Shown one piece after another: positions 40,699 to 55,044 of a stretch of DNA of 64,000 nucleotides (positions within the stretch are counted from its first letter, which is position 1; each line of letters opens with the position of its first letter). The notes under the pieces were generated by a model. That model was not told where the DNA came from. It did no database searches and saw nothing but the letters and a program-made list of their open reading frames with translations. The stretch spans positions 149,110,001 through 149,174,000 of the forward strand of contig NC_042997.1 in NCBI RefSeq assembly GCF_006345805.1, given 5' to 3'. The position numbers were made by a program, and so were the translations under genes. The stretch is from Octopus sinensis. Its lineage: Eukaryota.

Positions 40699-41297
40699 AG
40701 AGGTAATGATGCGGATAAACAAATTAAATATATTTAATGTATACATGCAAAACAAGAGAAAGCATATGGTGAAGTCTTTCAAACGATGAATATTTAAGTA
40801 TAAATATAAAGATATTTGTATTAATAGATCCAACTTACACAAAGTACAAACGACAGAGAAAATTAAAGGAGTGGAAGAAAGGTATTATAAGTTCAACAGC
40901 TGTTTCTGGGGGTTCAGAGATCCATGATAATGTTGGTAGATGTAGTTCAGCACAATATGCAGTCATAGTGGGTGCAATCAACGTAGGATAAGATGAGCTT
41001 CATCAAGGTAGAGAAGATCTTACATTTCAGATCTTAATCCAAAGATGTTCAAAGATGGAACAGCTTTTGGACTTGTAGCACCTTTCTTCCAGCCTCTTTA
41101 ATTTTCTCTCTCGTCTATACTTTGTGAAAGCTTGATCTATCATTATAAATATTTATATATTTATACTTAAAAATTCATCGTTTGAAAGTACCTCCTTTTG
41201 CTTTCTCCGATTCGCATGTATACATACATAATATGTATTTTATAGCCAAGCTATTATCTTTAATATATTTAATTTGTTTATCCGTATAATTACCTCT
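40699..41297. mobile_element. Fold-back element (~210-bp diverged inverted arms) with degenerate hammerhead in the spacer
   Basis: 40699-40906 pairs with 41057-41297 (the right arm has an insertion). The minus strand reads TTGATGA ... GAAACAGCTGTT. Confidence 0.75.
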
Positions 41298-42148
41298 CTC
41301 TCTCTCTCTCTCTGTCTCTGAACATATGTGTGTATATGTATGTATATGTACGTGAGTGCCTGTATGTGCTTTTATATGTAGGCCTGTTTATAGTTTATAA
41401 GTTTAATAAAGAAGGCTTATGAGAACTATATATTTTCGCAGTAAAATTTTCTGGAAGTAAAATTAATATCGTATATCTTTTGACATATGTGTTCCTTGTC
41501 ACTCTGAACTTATTCTTTAAATATTTGTCTTAAAGGAACAGTAAAATATCTGTGGAGCCACAGTTGGTGCGCGCATCCATTAACATACACTGATATATAT
41601 TTTAACGTAAATAACAGTATGTGTATGTGCCTGTGGTACGTACCAAATTTTATGGAGCAGAATATTTAGACAGGAAGTAATTCAAAATAAACTGCTTTGT
41701 GCATGTATAAAATATGTAATTTCGATGTTAAAATATGTAACAAAAACAAAAGAATCAATGATGCCAGTGTAAAAGCGAAAATTATAAATGCAACACAGGA
41801 AACGACTTCCCCTGTGGGATATATGTAATGTTCATTTCGTGTAAAGGAAGTCAAAGCTGTGAAGAAATTTGTGAAACAGACCATGAAGCAACTGGAGTTC
41901 AAATATTTGTCTTCTACATTTGTAGATGGATATGCTTGTTAGCATCAGTATTTTGCAATACATATTCTGCATAAACCCCATCTGCTAATTGTATATTGTT
42001 GTCATACATTACAGTTTTTTTCCCAAGAAATTAGATTATTCATAAGCATACATACATACAAATACACGCATATATATAACTAAATGAATACACACACACA
42101 CACATATATATATATATGTGTATATATATGTGTGTGCGTGTATGTGTA

Positions 42149-42227
<79 letters not shown>

Positions 42228-42594
42228 ATGTATGTATGTATGCATGTATGTATGTGTGCGTGTTTGTGTGTGTTTACACCCGACTGCAAGTGTGGGTACG
42301 GAACTAACTATATGGAGGTACTAACTCAAACAGTGATTTACTTTATTTTATGATTTATAGTAATTTTTCCTCCTCTTTTTCATAATTACACGCTGTCTTT
42401 ATCTATAAAGAGTTACACTTTATAACATTGCCTGGCGAAATGTGTACCAACCGAAGGATGCATCACAACCATTTGTTTAGTATCTCACCCACGATGGATC
42501 GATGCAAGAGCGTCGAATTCATCGTTATGAGCAATAAAGTTTATCGTATATTCCATTTTTGTCTGTATTATTTATTTGTTATATATAAATATAT

Positions 42595-42635
<41 letters not shown>

Positions 42636-44901
42636 AGAGGTCCTCTGCAGGCAAAACTTGAAGCATATGATGTTCTAAAAAAGCAACCACCTTAAGTTAG
42701 ATATAAACACTGCCGTCTGGTATTAATATTACTTTTGTCGCTGTTAATCATTCTTTCATAAACTTCTTTCGTATTTGTGACATCTGTACCGGAAACTCCA
42801 GTAAAATTTTACATATTGACAGTAAGAATCAGGTCAGCTGTCACTACAGGACGTCTGCCATCTGACATCTGCCATTGGGTAGTCCAGTGTACCCAGGCAG
42901 GGAGAATTACAGTAATATGTCAGCCGCGCGGCACACAGTAGACGATTCTTACCTGCCAATGATATACCGATATAAATGTCATTGCTGTTATGTTCCGTCT
43001 GAGAGGTCTTCGCAAGGTAAATACCGCAATGTTCAGTCCTTTAACGCAACATACCCGTTAACTTGATATAAAGATTGCCATTTAGTATTATAATGCTTCA
43101 GTTGTTGTCTGAGGGCAATGAAGGTGATAATGCTTAATCTTTCGACATCTTAAAGTAATTTAATAATTGCATCAATAATATGTAGCATTTTGTTGACGGA
43201 AACATTATTTTTTTTCAAATGAACTCAGAATTATGTCAACAGAAGCAGGTCAGGCATTATTGGAGCTGATCTGCCTATGAACATAGATACTCTCTTCCTT
43301 CGGGGAAAGTTCTTATTGGTTAAAATAATATCGACAATTGGGCTGATCCTGGACAACAATCGAAAGGGGAATGTCCCCTTGAAAAAGTATTCCGATAAGG
43401 CTACATAATGTGCTCTCAAATGCTTCGAGTATTCCATTCCAGAGATCATAGTGTTTTCCATTCTCCTATTCATTACTTTTGCATGGTCGTAACTAACGCA
43501 GATTTATAGGTGTCGAAGTGTCTTCAATTTCATTAAAAATAATCATTAAGGACATCTCATAAAAAGTAGGAACATAACTTCTTCAGTGACATGGTAGGTA
43601 CTAAAACATTTAGTCAACGTAGGAAAAACATAGATTGCAATGTATCTTATATGAAATAATCATGTTTGAATTAGCGCGAAATTATAAAGACTGAAATAAA
43701 ATCAAAAATTCCAAACAGTATCAAAACTCCTAATTTCAAGTATTACTAGACAGCTGGCAACCGCATTAGACTAGTACCAATTTTTTCAAACTTATATATG
43801 GCCGTTCGTGGTTGTTGGAATTTAGTTTGTTTTCTATATTTTTACGCGTAAGCAGCTGTGGGAGACTATGAAGATGTAAATTACATATTTTTCTCGATAC
43901 CCGAATGAACGACGATGAAAATAGTAGATACGTTTGACGCAGATAGGATTTATTTGCATTTTTACCAACATGAATAATACAACAGAATGCAGAATTAACC
44001 ATTTCCCATTGTCAAATCTCGAGAAAGGTAATTTATCGGGAAAATGTATAGATATGAAAGTTCAGTGGCTTAGTAAATTGTGTAACATCATAGGCAAGGA
44101 TTTCATGCAGGCGACGTCAGAGATATATACATGCACAGCTATACTCATACCTAAAACAGACGCACATAATGTTCGTCTAGTGTCTATTATGTGTACGGCA
44201 TATAATCAATCAGAGTCTTAAAAATCGGCATACCATAGCTGTACGAAGCAGACAGAAGAAAGTCCCGTTTTAACAAGGGTAATCTAACGTTACAGTTTTC
44301 TAGTATAATCCAATTATTCACACATGCAAAATTTGTTTGACATTAAAAGTAAGATCTGATTTACTTATAACCTCTTTGCCCAGATTTCATTGAAAGTTAC
44401 GCAACAATTTCATGATTTCAACTTCCCACAGTCTTTATATAAGTGCAACTCGAGAACGTTTAAAGTTCTCTGAAGAGTAACTATTCACACCATATATTGA
44501 AATATGTCAATTATATGCAAATATCTCATAGGACAATATTACAAACATCACTTTTCAGAAACTAGTTCGCAGTTATAATTTATCGAGATAAATTCAGATG
44601 AATTTTCCGAATGAAACCCAAATACCGGTTGAAGCACAGAATATATCATATTATATTCGTGTATGCAAGCATGCATGACGTGCGTGTGTGTACCTGGCAG
44701 TGCACGGGCGCGCATAAGCGTATGTGTGTGTGTATGGTTGTGTGAATTCTATGAGGCATGTGTGCTTGCGCCGGTGCATGACTAAGTGCACGATCACTCG
44801 AACGGGTGTGCCTGTCAATACGTGTATGAATATGTGTATACAAAATCACTTACAGGAAATGCACATACACACACATGCACACATACATATACGTATATAT
44901 A

Positions 44902-44961
<60 letters not shown>

Positions 44962-45113
44962 ATACATTTGTAAACATTAGAACACACACATTTATACATA
45001 CACAGATATATACATACAAAGAAACAGACATATATACATAACTATAAATATATATCTATTTCTATATCTATATCTATCTATATCTTTCTATATATATATG
45101 TACATATACATAC

Positions 45114-45166
<53 letters not shown>

Positions 45167-46188
45167 GAGAGAGAATGAGAGATATACAGAGATAGACAAA
45201 GAGAATAAGACGGAGTAAGAGAGAGGCTGATAGTTATATGGACACGATATCGTCACTCTGTATTTTCTTTCCCTTCATTCTTTAAGCAATAAACATCTTG
45301 TTTTAAGACATTCGCATTCACTTGACGATTTAAACCTTCATTAAATTTCTTAAAAAAATGACTTGCCTCATTATTTCCTTTTCCTTCTCGAATCCGCGCA
45401 GTCATGTATTTACTCCAATTTCTTTAATGTTCTTTTTCCTCTCCTCACAAACAAAGCAGATGTTCGGAAGATAAATAGTAATAAACGAAAAAAGAAACGT
45501 TATTTAAGTAATTTCTTTATTTTCATTCTTCAGTTATTTGTGCTTTGCTTTACTCTTCTTTTTAGGATCATGTTATGACAATTAGGATTTTGGTCCCACC
45601 GCAACGCATCCTAATAGGCTTCCTGCTACGCTCTGTAATAGGCTTGTTTTTCTATCCGATGTTTATTTAGTCGTCGCTAACTGTTCTGTCGTATATACAC
45701 GTATTGCGTACCAGCAACGAAAGTGTATTATGAGGCAAGCTGTGGATTAGAGGTCTTGGAAAATTTTTCGAGGCATGATCATACACAAAAGATACAACGA
45801 TTGTATCAGAAATTACATACGCAGATACTTTTATGTATACAAACGAAAATAAAACTTGCTGTGTGGCCATTTACATTCAATTATAGACATTTATAAATGT
45901 ATTCACTTGCTTTTATCTATAAAGTGGGCATGCCCATAAACGTAGCGTATATTTTAGCCATTCCAAGGTTGTTGTTTTAATTGGAAAAATGTAGAAATAA
46001 ATGTAATATAAATATGCACCATATACACATACACACGTATACGTGCGATTATATACGGTTACACACACACGCACACACACTCATATATGTTTGTATATGC
46101 GTATGTATGCATATGCATACACACACTGAAACAAATTCACACGTATATATGCATACATACAAACATACATTCATAATACTTAAATATT

Positions 46189-46225
<37 letters not shown>

Positions 46226-46985
46226 GCATACATATAGACAGACATTTATGAAATTTACTTATGCACACAGACACAAACACACATAGACACTGACACACAC
46301 ACATAAATGTATATATGGGGAGTATACGTTATTGGCTAAACAAACTAAGCAATATTTGGAAGATAAACATATACCTTTAAATAGAATATTAGTTTCACAG
46401 AATGTATATACTATGGCATACGTAACAGTTTTTGCAACTGACATATCATGTTTTATATTTATTTTCAAATTATATTGGAGCTAATTGTAATTCAATGTGT
46501 CATTTTCGTTGTAAAAAAATACATTGAAACGTTCTTAAATACAGCTTTGGGAAATCGCATTTCCTAAGAAATGAGAGTTCGGTTTAGCTCCCGTTTCATG
46601 ATGGGCTAATACTATAAAACTTTCCTTAGATGACGATTCACAGCCGCCAAGTACCAAAAAATTTCATTGCTTTGTACCTTCCAGTAATATAATCTCTGAT
46701 GAAAAGTTCCGATGATTTTATGCTATGAATTCTGAGAACAAATCATTTCGCATTTTTACGGCTCGTGATAAAGGCTGGTCTTAACTTTCGGTTGAAGAAT
46801 ATGAAATGAAAATCGATGTGATTTCCTGATAATTTCGATACGTATGTAATAGACATGCATCTAATTCTTCATTATAAGCTAGCACAAACACACCACATTC
46901 CGTACACCACATAATTCATACTTCCATAAGTGAAAACATATATATATTCTTTTATTCTTTTATTTGTTTCATTGATTTGACTGCG

Positions 46986-47104
<119 letters not shown>

Positions 47105-47489
47105 GTATGTATATATATATATATTTATATATATGAATATATGATATCCTCTCTGAAATCCGAATGTAATCGCAATATTACAGTCAGCAACATATGAAGA
47201 AACTAGTGAGCAAATATAGCTGAGTACATAATGTACTATCATCGGGAAACTCAGTATACGATTATATTGTATCATGTTAGAAAGAACTTGAAATTAAAAC
47301 AGTTAAAACCGACAAAAATAACCCACCAAACGAACAATACCAGCTAACAAAAGTTAGCTGCTTTTAAGTTAAAAAGCTGTAAAAAGATATAATGGTAGAT
47401 GCCGATCTTCGGAGTAGAAGAATCAAAATCAATATGACAGAAATAACATGAAATTTAGTTCTCATAGCTATTAGAGTTACCGTGTCAGC

Positions 47490-47890
47490 ACAACGGGAAC
47501 GGCCCTTCTCCAGTCATCTTGATTTCTTGCCTTCTTCCTGGTTCCACTTGAACCATCTCCCATTGTTATCATGTCGTCCCGAAACGTACTCCACCACGTC
47601 TTTCTTGGTCTGCATCTCGGTCATTTTCGACTCCACGATTGTAACATGTCTCTCCTGCTGTAATCGAAGCACATAGCAGCCGCTTAGCCACCATGTTCTC
47701 TAAACTTCCTGTGCCTGCTCTTCTCGATACCACTCTGTCACTCTTCGTGTAAGCAATGTCCAAGATCAAACAGCGTCGATGGAACACGTCTAGCAAGTGA
47801 GAGACCTTCTTACACGACTTCGTACACGTCTTCTTTCACATATCGCAGGCTATAGGCCGTTGGCATTACAATAGATGTTAGCAACAGCTG
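47490..47890 (-). mobile_element. RTE-clade LINE RT C-terminal fragment
   Basis: LDVFHRRCL...DRVVSRRAGTGSLENMVAKRLL resembles the RTE post-RT region. Confidence 0.6.
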
Positions 47891-48809
47891 GGTAATTAAT
47901 GCATCACATTTATAACCAAATATATGTTTGGAAGATGAATTCAATTGCAAATGCAACGGATCAATTTCACACGAAATAATCTGAAAGGTAACTTTCAGAT
48001 TATTTTAAGAGAGACTGGCGGAGTTATACTGCTTAAACGCAACGAACAAACAATTTAACGCGGATGCACACAAACTTTCTACGTAGTTCGTGATATTTAC
48101 ATATAGGAGGCAAATCTTTATAGAAATCCATATAGGTTAAAATGATGATAATAATAATAATAGACCAAGTCATACTGAATATATATTGTACTGTGATGAG
48201 GCATGTGTGTATCACAGTAAAATTTGGAGGAACTGCTCATATATATGCTTAAAACAGTGGGATTTTGTCGATGCTACATTTAAGTCGTAAGTAGCATATA
48301 CGTAACTTGTGAGAAATACAAACTTGGTAAGCATCAAGTTGAAAAAAAAAGCACCGAAAATACTAGTGCAGATGTAACAATGCCAATACCAAATAAACGA
48401 TTGTAATGTAACAAAACAACTGAGTCTTCATTGAAAACGACAGTTTAGACAAAAATGCTATAAGATGCAATAGCCCACAAAGTGGAACAAGACATTGTTC
48501 CCTTTTCTCTAAAATCAAATTCTATGTTGTGAATTAGAACGTCAACCATACAATGACGATAAAAGACATGATAGATGATAACCGAAAGCGGTTAATAAGA
48601 ATGAATTACACAGTAATATAACACCGGTAGTACATTTGAAATTCATATAGCAAGATGTAGTTATGCACACGGCATAGAGATAAAATATAACTAAGACTAG
48701 TAAATGAAAGAAATATTATTCACCATACAAAGTCATCAAAATGATATGCAAATACTGAAGAGCATAGCCAGTGAAATAAACCTGGAATCACGAAATTAAC
48801 AAAGATGGA

Positions 48810-48937
48810 GCTTAAACTCTAAATAAAATACATATACGATATATATATATACATACATATATATATATATGTATATGTCTAGCAATATATATACATATAT
48901 ATATATATGTATATGTATTTTATTTAGAGTTTAAGCG
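48810..48937. repeat. Palindrome: ~28-bp inverted arms around a TA-rich core
   Basis: gcttaaactctaaataaaatacatatac / gtatatgtattttatttagagtttaagc. Confidence 0.85.
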
Positions 48938-48974
48938 AGATTCACTTCATCTTTATATACATATGTGCACTATT

Positions 48975-49640
48975 AAACTTTCTGTCCCCCACCCTCTCTC
49001 ATTCTTCATTCTTTCTGGTTTCCTTTTCTTCTAACCTTACTGTCCCCCTTTCTCTCTCATTCTTCATTTTTCTGCTTTTCTCTACAACCATCCCCTTTTT
49101 CTCTCCCTTTCTCTTACTCCTCCTCTCTCCCGTCACTGACACGTTACCAGAGGTCCTTTGCCTTTCTCACTACTACTTCCAACAATTGTAGACAGCTTTC
49201 TCTGTCCCACTGAAGCCGTTTTCAAAGCGTTCAAAATAGTTTTTCCTTCGTTCAGGCTTAACAGCCCTTAATGTTTGTGTTACTATTATTCTCCTTCGTT
49301 CAGGCTTAACAGCCCTTAATGTTTGTGGTACTGTTATTCTTCTTGTCCTGTCTTTTACTGTTTTTATTTGTATTGTCTTTACTGTCCTGTTTTTGTTACC
49401 CTCCGCAAAAAATCTCAAATTCTATTTAATTTGTTTTGCGGGAAGGAGTGTTTCAACTGAGTCGTGTCTCGCCTTTACCTTCGAAGCACGGAGTAGATGA
49501 AACAGAGGCGACTGAAGAATGGGAATTTTCCTTGTGTTGTATGTCTTGTGCTCTGTTTTTTCGTTGTTTAAAAAAAATGTCCGTTTCCTTGGTTTTGTTT
49601 TTATGTTTTCGTTTCTCATTGTGTTCGAGGCTTTTTTATT
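48975..49640. repeat. Pyrimidine-rich dispersed repeat/TE end with 48-bp tandem duplication (49244-49340)
   Basis: tccttcgttcaggcttaacagcccttaatgtttgtg x2; strong C/T strand bias. Confidence 0.5.
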
Positions 49641-50256
49641 TTGGTGTCCTGTACCAATATATGCATGTATATATACATATAGATGTAGGTACGTACATAT
49701 ATGTATGTATATATGTATATGTTTTATTTATTATTTTGTTATATATATATATACATTCCTGTGCGTGTGTATTCATTGCTAAATATAAAAAAAATTATAG
49801 AATCAGGTGTTTGAGGAGAGATCCACAGTTAAATTTTGGCAACAAAGTTTCAAAATTCTTTGATGGGATGGTTTTATATAATTGAAGGTTATTTGATAGC
49901 TTCCTTAACATTTTGCTCTAATTAATTAGGAAAAAATGACATGTCGCTATCCTTTGTTTAAGAACAAATAATTAATCTATATCAAGTGAGTTCACGTGTG
50001 TTACACACATGGAATTACTAAAAAGCTACTTTCAGTGAAGTGCTATTTCAAGCAGAAGTAATTAATATCTAAATCACTAAAATGCATGCAGTGGCGGTTA
50101 ATGACTTAAATATTGTATTCATATTTTAATTAACTAATAGAATGAATTCATAGTCGGAAAGAAATATTCCAAATATTATAGCTTTTGAATACCAAATTGC
50201 ATTCATAATTGATGAAAATAGCATAAACTGCAGGTTACTTCAAAATGTTATAGAGA

Positions 50257-50314
<58 letters not shown>

Positions 50315-51107
50315 CATACATATATATATATATATTTATGTATACATATATATATATTTATATATATATATGCATGTATATATATATGTATGTATATATA
50401 TCTATATATCTATATCTATATATATATATATATATACATACACATACATATATACATATATTAATGCATATCATGACTTATAGGAGTGTGTGGATGTGTG
50501 TGTGTTTGAGAGAGCTCGCGTGTCTGGGGATGTGGCATTTAACGAAGCACTTTACGAAAGGAGAAAATGAATAGATAAATGGAAATCATGGATCGAAATC
50601 CCCATTCACAATGGACATTTGATAGATTTTATTGGAAAGCTGGCTTATGTAATTGCCTAATGGGGCGGTCTTGTATTTGCGAGTGCATGATTTGTATTAG
50701 AATATTAGTCAAATAATGGAGTAATTAGGCTAGTCCAGCTGTGTATTATATTTTATAAATATATTTTTCGACAAATAACGACTCCATTGAAGATACCTCC
50801 TCCGCTTCACACCATGACCATTTCTGATGCTATTTATTCCTGATACATTATCGATTTAGACAACAATTAGAAACTGACATTTTTATAGTCATTACACAAA
50901 TGAAGTTGAAAACTATTAATGATTCTTGTGAATCATGTAAAGAATGAGACGAATTTTTTCGGTCCGAAAGAAAATACATAATCGTATGTAACACAACTGT
51001 ACTAGATATTTGTATGAATGCCTTTAACTTTTTACGCTTCACTGATATTCTGCTTGTTAGGAAATAAATCAGACCTGGCATTCAGGTCTTTCTCAAAGAT
51101 ACAAGTA

Positions 51108-51170
51108 AACGACGGTGCATCAGCATGGCTGCAGCTCTGAGCTGAAGAAAAAAACAAAAACAAAAAAAAA
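51108..51170 (+). mobile_element. Extremely 5'-truncated LINE 3' end (same family as 59479-60454) with A-rich tail
   Basis: aaacgacggtgcatcagcatggctgcagctctgagctgaa matches the reverse complement of 59492-59531. Confidence 0.8.
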
Positions 51171-51235
51171 CATTCATTGCTGTCATCATCGTAATTAAAT
51201 ATGACTCTGACTTTATTGTTTATCTGCAATCTTTA

Positions 51236-51666
51236 ATCTTTTACTTGTTTCAGTCATGAGGCTGCGGCCATGCTGGGGCACCAACTCGAAGAGCCTTTAG
51301 TCGAGCGAATCCATCCCAGTATAACTTTTAGTCCTGGAACTTATTCTATACGTCTCTTTAGCCGAACTGCTAATTTAAGGAGACGTATACAAAACAACAC
51401 TGCTGTCAAGAGGTGGCAGGAAACACACACACACACACACACACACACAACACAGACATACACACACACACACCACACACACCACAAATACATACACATA
51501 TACAACGGAGGTCTTTTAGTTAAAATCTACCAAATCCACTCACAACGTTTTGTTCGGTTTAAAGTGATAGCAGAAGACTCGTGCCGAAGGTGTCATACTA
51601 TGAGAAGAAACTCTGCACCATGTGAGTAGAAAGCATACTGCTTACTACACAGCTGCGCCTGCGCCT
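51236..51666 (-). mobile_element. tRNA-derived SINE (diverged copy of the family at 61896)
   Basis: Colinear similarity to 61896-62295, including the internal (CA)n and the catggccgcag tail. Confidence 0.85.
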
Positions 51667-52372
51667 ACCGACATATTCAGGTCTCTGTGAGAGCCGAAAC
51701 CATTCCTTCTGACTGAACGCCAGATGTATTACTGATAATTTAGAAATAACTTTGCAGCGAACCATTTGTCAATGGCAATCGTTTAGTTGTATTTCGTGAT
51801 GTATATATATTGAGACTGCGCAATATTTTCTCGTTAGTTTTACATATTATGAAGTGCTATATTATTATTCTGCTTGTGTACCTGTTCTGTCTGTGTGTTA
51901 CGTTTACGCCAAGTCAGATAATGACTATAATGGAGCTATTATCTCTCTATATATTAGGTATATATAGGGAGAGATTTTAAAAGAGAGTGAGATAAAGAGA
52001 GCGATAAAGAGAGAGAGAGAAAGAGGAAGCTAGATTATTCTGCATTTGTGTGATCAAATCGCAGCCACAGTCGAATTGCTTAACGTAATGAATCAATTCC
52101 ATGAAGACTTATAAATTTATGTATCAAAACATACCGATAGATAGTCACATTAGAGTGGAATGACCTTAGTTATCAACTAGATGGGAACGTTACACTGTTA
52201 CTTTTACTTGTTCCAGACTAAAGGTTGTGACCATGCTGGGGCACTGCCATTATTTCTTAATTTAGTTGTTATTTGGCTTTATTCATTATCAGTATTATCA
52301 GGGTGGACAGATATATACAATTGGCGAAAGGATATTTTGATAGCTATATATATATATATGTGTGTGTGTGTG

Positions 52373-52412
<40 letters not shown>

Positions 52413-53167
52413 TGTGTGTGTTTGTGCGTGTGTGTTTATGTGTGTGCGTGAGCGCAAGTATATATATATATATATATATATATCAGGGGTGTGCGCTCTC
52501 AGGTATGCAAGGTATGCGTTGCATGCCCTGTGATTTTTTTATCCATATGATCGGAAAAGTAAATAAAATAGTTACTTTGTTTCAAAGAAAATCCGTCCAG
52601 TTGTATTTTGTCTCCCCTTCTCTCTCAGTGACTCTACTTCTGCTTTTAGAAGTCATGCATTGACAAGACCAGCATATTAGACACTCCCTCTCTGTCTCAG
52701 TTTGTCCTTCCTTCCTCTCTCTCTCACTCTTAGCGACTTGTTTAAAAGACATGCTAAGGGGATAGGGCATTTGAAATATTTTTACCCACTTCCTCTTTCT
52801 CTTAGTGGCTATGCTGTGGGACGACCCGCATGACCTCCCTCTCTGTCTCTTAGTCTGTCCCTCCTTCCTCTCTGTCTTAGTGAATTGATAAAACAGATGC
52901 TAGGAGGAAAGGTCGTTCATAATAATTTGTACCCCGCTTCCACTTTCTCTCAGTGGCATGTAATGCTATGAGCTGACCGCATGATACCCACTTTCTGTAT
53001 CTTTTTCTTTTGTTGAAATTGACTTACAATTTACGCCGGCGCTTCCACGTGTGTGTTCGTATATAAGAACAGCCTTTTACGAAATCAGTGAAATGTGTGT
53101 TATAAACGATATTTTGAGAAATAGTTTTTCGAAAGGAGAATTCGATGGAAAATAATTAATTATATCG

Positions 53168-54062
53168 GTGGGAGACCAACACCGAAAAGGGCTAATGCAT
53201 TACATAACATTGTTAAAAAAAAGATTTCCGAAGGCAACAGCCTCACGGCTTATTATTACCACAAAGGAATATTATCATTTCATAATCAGCCTTTTTGAGC
53301 ACATCATTGAAAATCCTGAAGCATGGGATGATACCACCATAAATTCAGCAATTGGATTCTTACAAACTTTAAAAGCTCCTGATTTCTTATTTTTGTTAGA
53401 AGTATTCAGTGAGATTTTTTCTTTTTTCTTATTTAACATCCTCCAGAGTAAAAGTCATGACATAGTGTATTGTAAAGATCAAATAGATAAAACTAGAACT
53501 GTACTCGAAAACAAACTTGATAATTTTTCAATCTCTTTTACTTGTTTCAGTCATTTGACTGCGGCCATGCTCGAGCACCGCCTTTAATCGAGCAACTCGA
53601 CCCCGGGACTTATTCTATCGGTCTCTTTTGCCGAACCGCTAAGTAACAGGGACATAAACACACCAGCATCGGTTGCCAAGCAATGCTAGGGGGACAAACA
53701 CAGACGCACAAACACACACACGCATATATATACATATATACCACGGGCTTCTTTCAGTTTCCGTCTACCAAATCCACTCACAAGGCTTTGGTCGGCCCGA
53801 GACTATAGTAGAAGACCCTTTCCCAAGGTGCCACGCAGTGGAACTGAACCCGGTGGGAAAAATATGGAGTCGATGCAGGAATCGGAATTCAGAGATCCAA
53901 GAATATATCTATTGAGCCCCAACGACATTATAAAATGCTTTATAACAAAATTATCAGTACAATAGTTGACCAAATAAAAGCACGATATTCATCCTTAGAA
54001 GAGTTTAAATTCATGGAACTTTCGAATTTCAACAAATTTGATGAGTATTGCAAACAATTTAA
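53168..54062 (+). pseudogene. hAT (ZMYM1-like) transposase fragments interrupted by a SINE
   Basis: AIGFLQTLKAPDFLFLLEVFSEIF..LFNILQSKSHDI and YKMLYNKIISTIVDQIKARYSSL are typical of ZMYM-like hAT transposases. Confidence 0.75.
53533..53852 (-). mobile_element. 5'-truncated tRNA-derived SINE nested in the hAT transposase
   Basis: High similarity to 61896-62245; truncated just upstream of the B box. Confidence 0.88.
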
Positions 54063-54070
54063 AAATCATG

Positions 54071-54322
54071 GGTACTATTTAAGAAGAGTGGTCCCGGTGC
54101 GCGCACCCGAGCATCCACGCCAGCTAGTCGTGACTAGTCGATCCTTACTTTGTGTTTTATTTACTTTGTTTAAAACATTATTTACTTTGTGTTTTTGTGT
54201 TTTATATATTTTGTTTAAAAATTTTATTTACTTTGCTAGATAGTCGTAGGATCGACTAGTCACGACTAGCCAGCGGGGATGCGCGAGCGCGCGCAACGGG
54301 ACCACTCTTCTTAAATAGTACC
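54071..54322. mobile_element. MITE-like fold-back with ~75-bp GC-rich TIRs nested in the hAT element
   Basis: ggtactatttaagaagagtggtcccg...ctagtcgtgactagtcgatcct / aggatcgactagtcacgactag...cgggaccactcttcttaaatagtacc around a T-rich core. Confidence 0.85.
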
Positions 54323-54881
54323 AGGGCGACGCTTTCTTTTTTATTCTAGGTCATACGGGGTTGATTGCATATTCAGAATCTCCCATATGTAAATCGTAGG
54401 AATTCGAAAATTTTTTTTACTGAAAAATTGCCCGGGGGGGGGGTGTAAAAGAAATTCATTGCATGCCCAGCCCCGGAAGTCACCGCACGCCACTGATATA
54501 TATATATATTCCGGAGAGGTACTTGCATACCAAGTGGCCTGATCCGAGATCGTGTGCTGAAACAAAAACAATTGCAACGTGGAAGGTGTTTATAAGCCAT
54601 TTAAGAACACACAAAAACCGTTCGGTTCACTTCAACATTAAAATTTAATTTGCCAAAATATATTCGTTGCTTAGCATTTTAATTCGTCCTTTATTTCTTT
54701 AAAGTATAATGCACTTCAGAAGCTGTCAAACATATAAAACAAAGCGAATAAACAATAACTTCTAAGTTAATTTCAGTTATACATATTTCGAAGTATAGTC
54801 CTGATTAAATGTATATAAATATAAATATAAATATAAATCTATCTATCTATCTATCTCTCTATCTCTCTATCTCTCTATCTC

Positions 54882-54936
<55 letters not shown>

Positions 54937-54989
54937 CTCTATCTATCTATCTCTCTGTATATCTATCTATCTATCTACATACATATATA

Positions 54990-55031
<42 letters not shown>

Positions 55032-55044
55032 ATAAAATGTGACT

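Larger units (their letters stand above)
52484..54495 (+). mobile_element. Internally deleted hAT DNA transposon in (TA)n
   Basis: TIRs CAGGGGTGTGCG (52484) and CAGTGGCGTGCG (reverse complement of 54484-54495); ~150-bp subterminal direct repeats 52684-52990; transposase fragments; TA flanks compatible with an 8-bp TSD. Confidence 0.8.

Noticed and set aside
43231-43473. GC-richer island with an 80-aa minus-strand ORF
   Set aside because: No motifs; at most a faint RT-like remnant, too weak to call.
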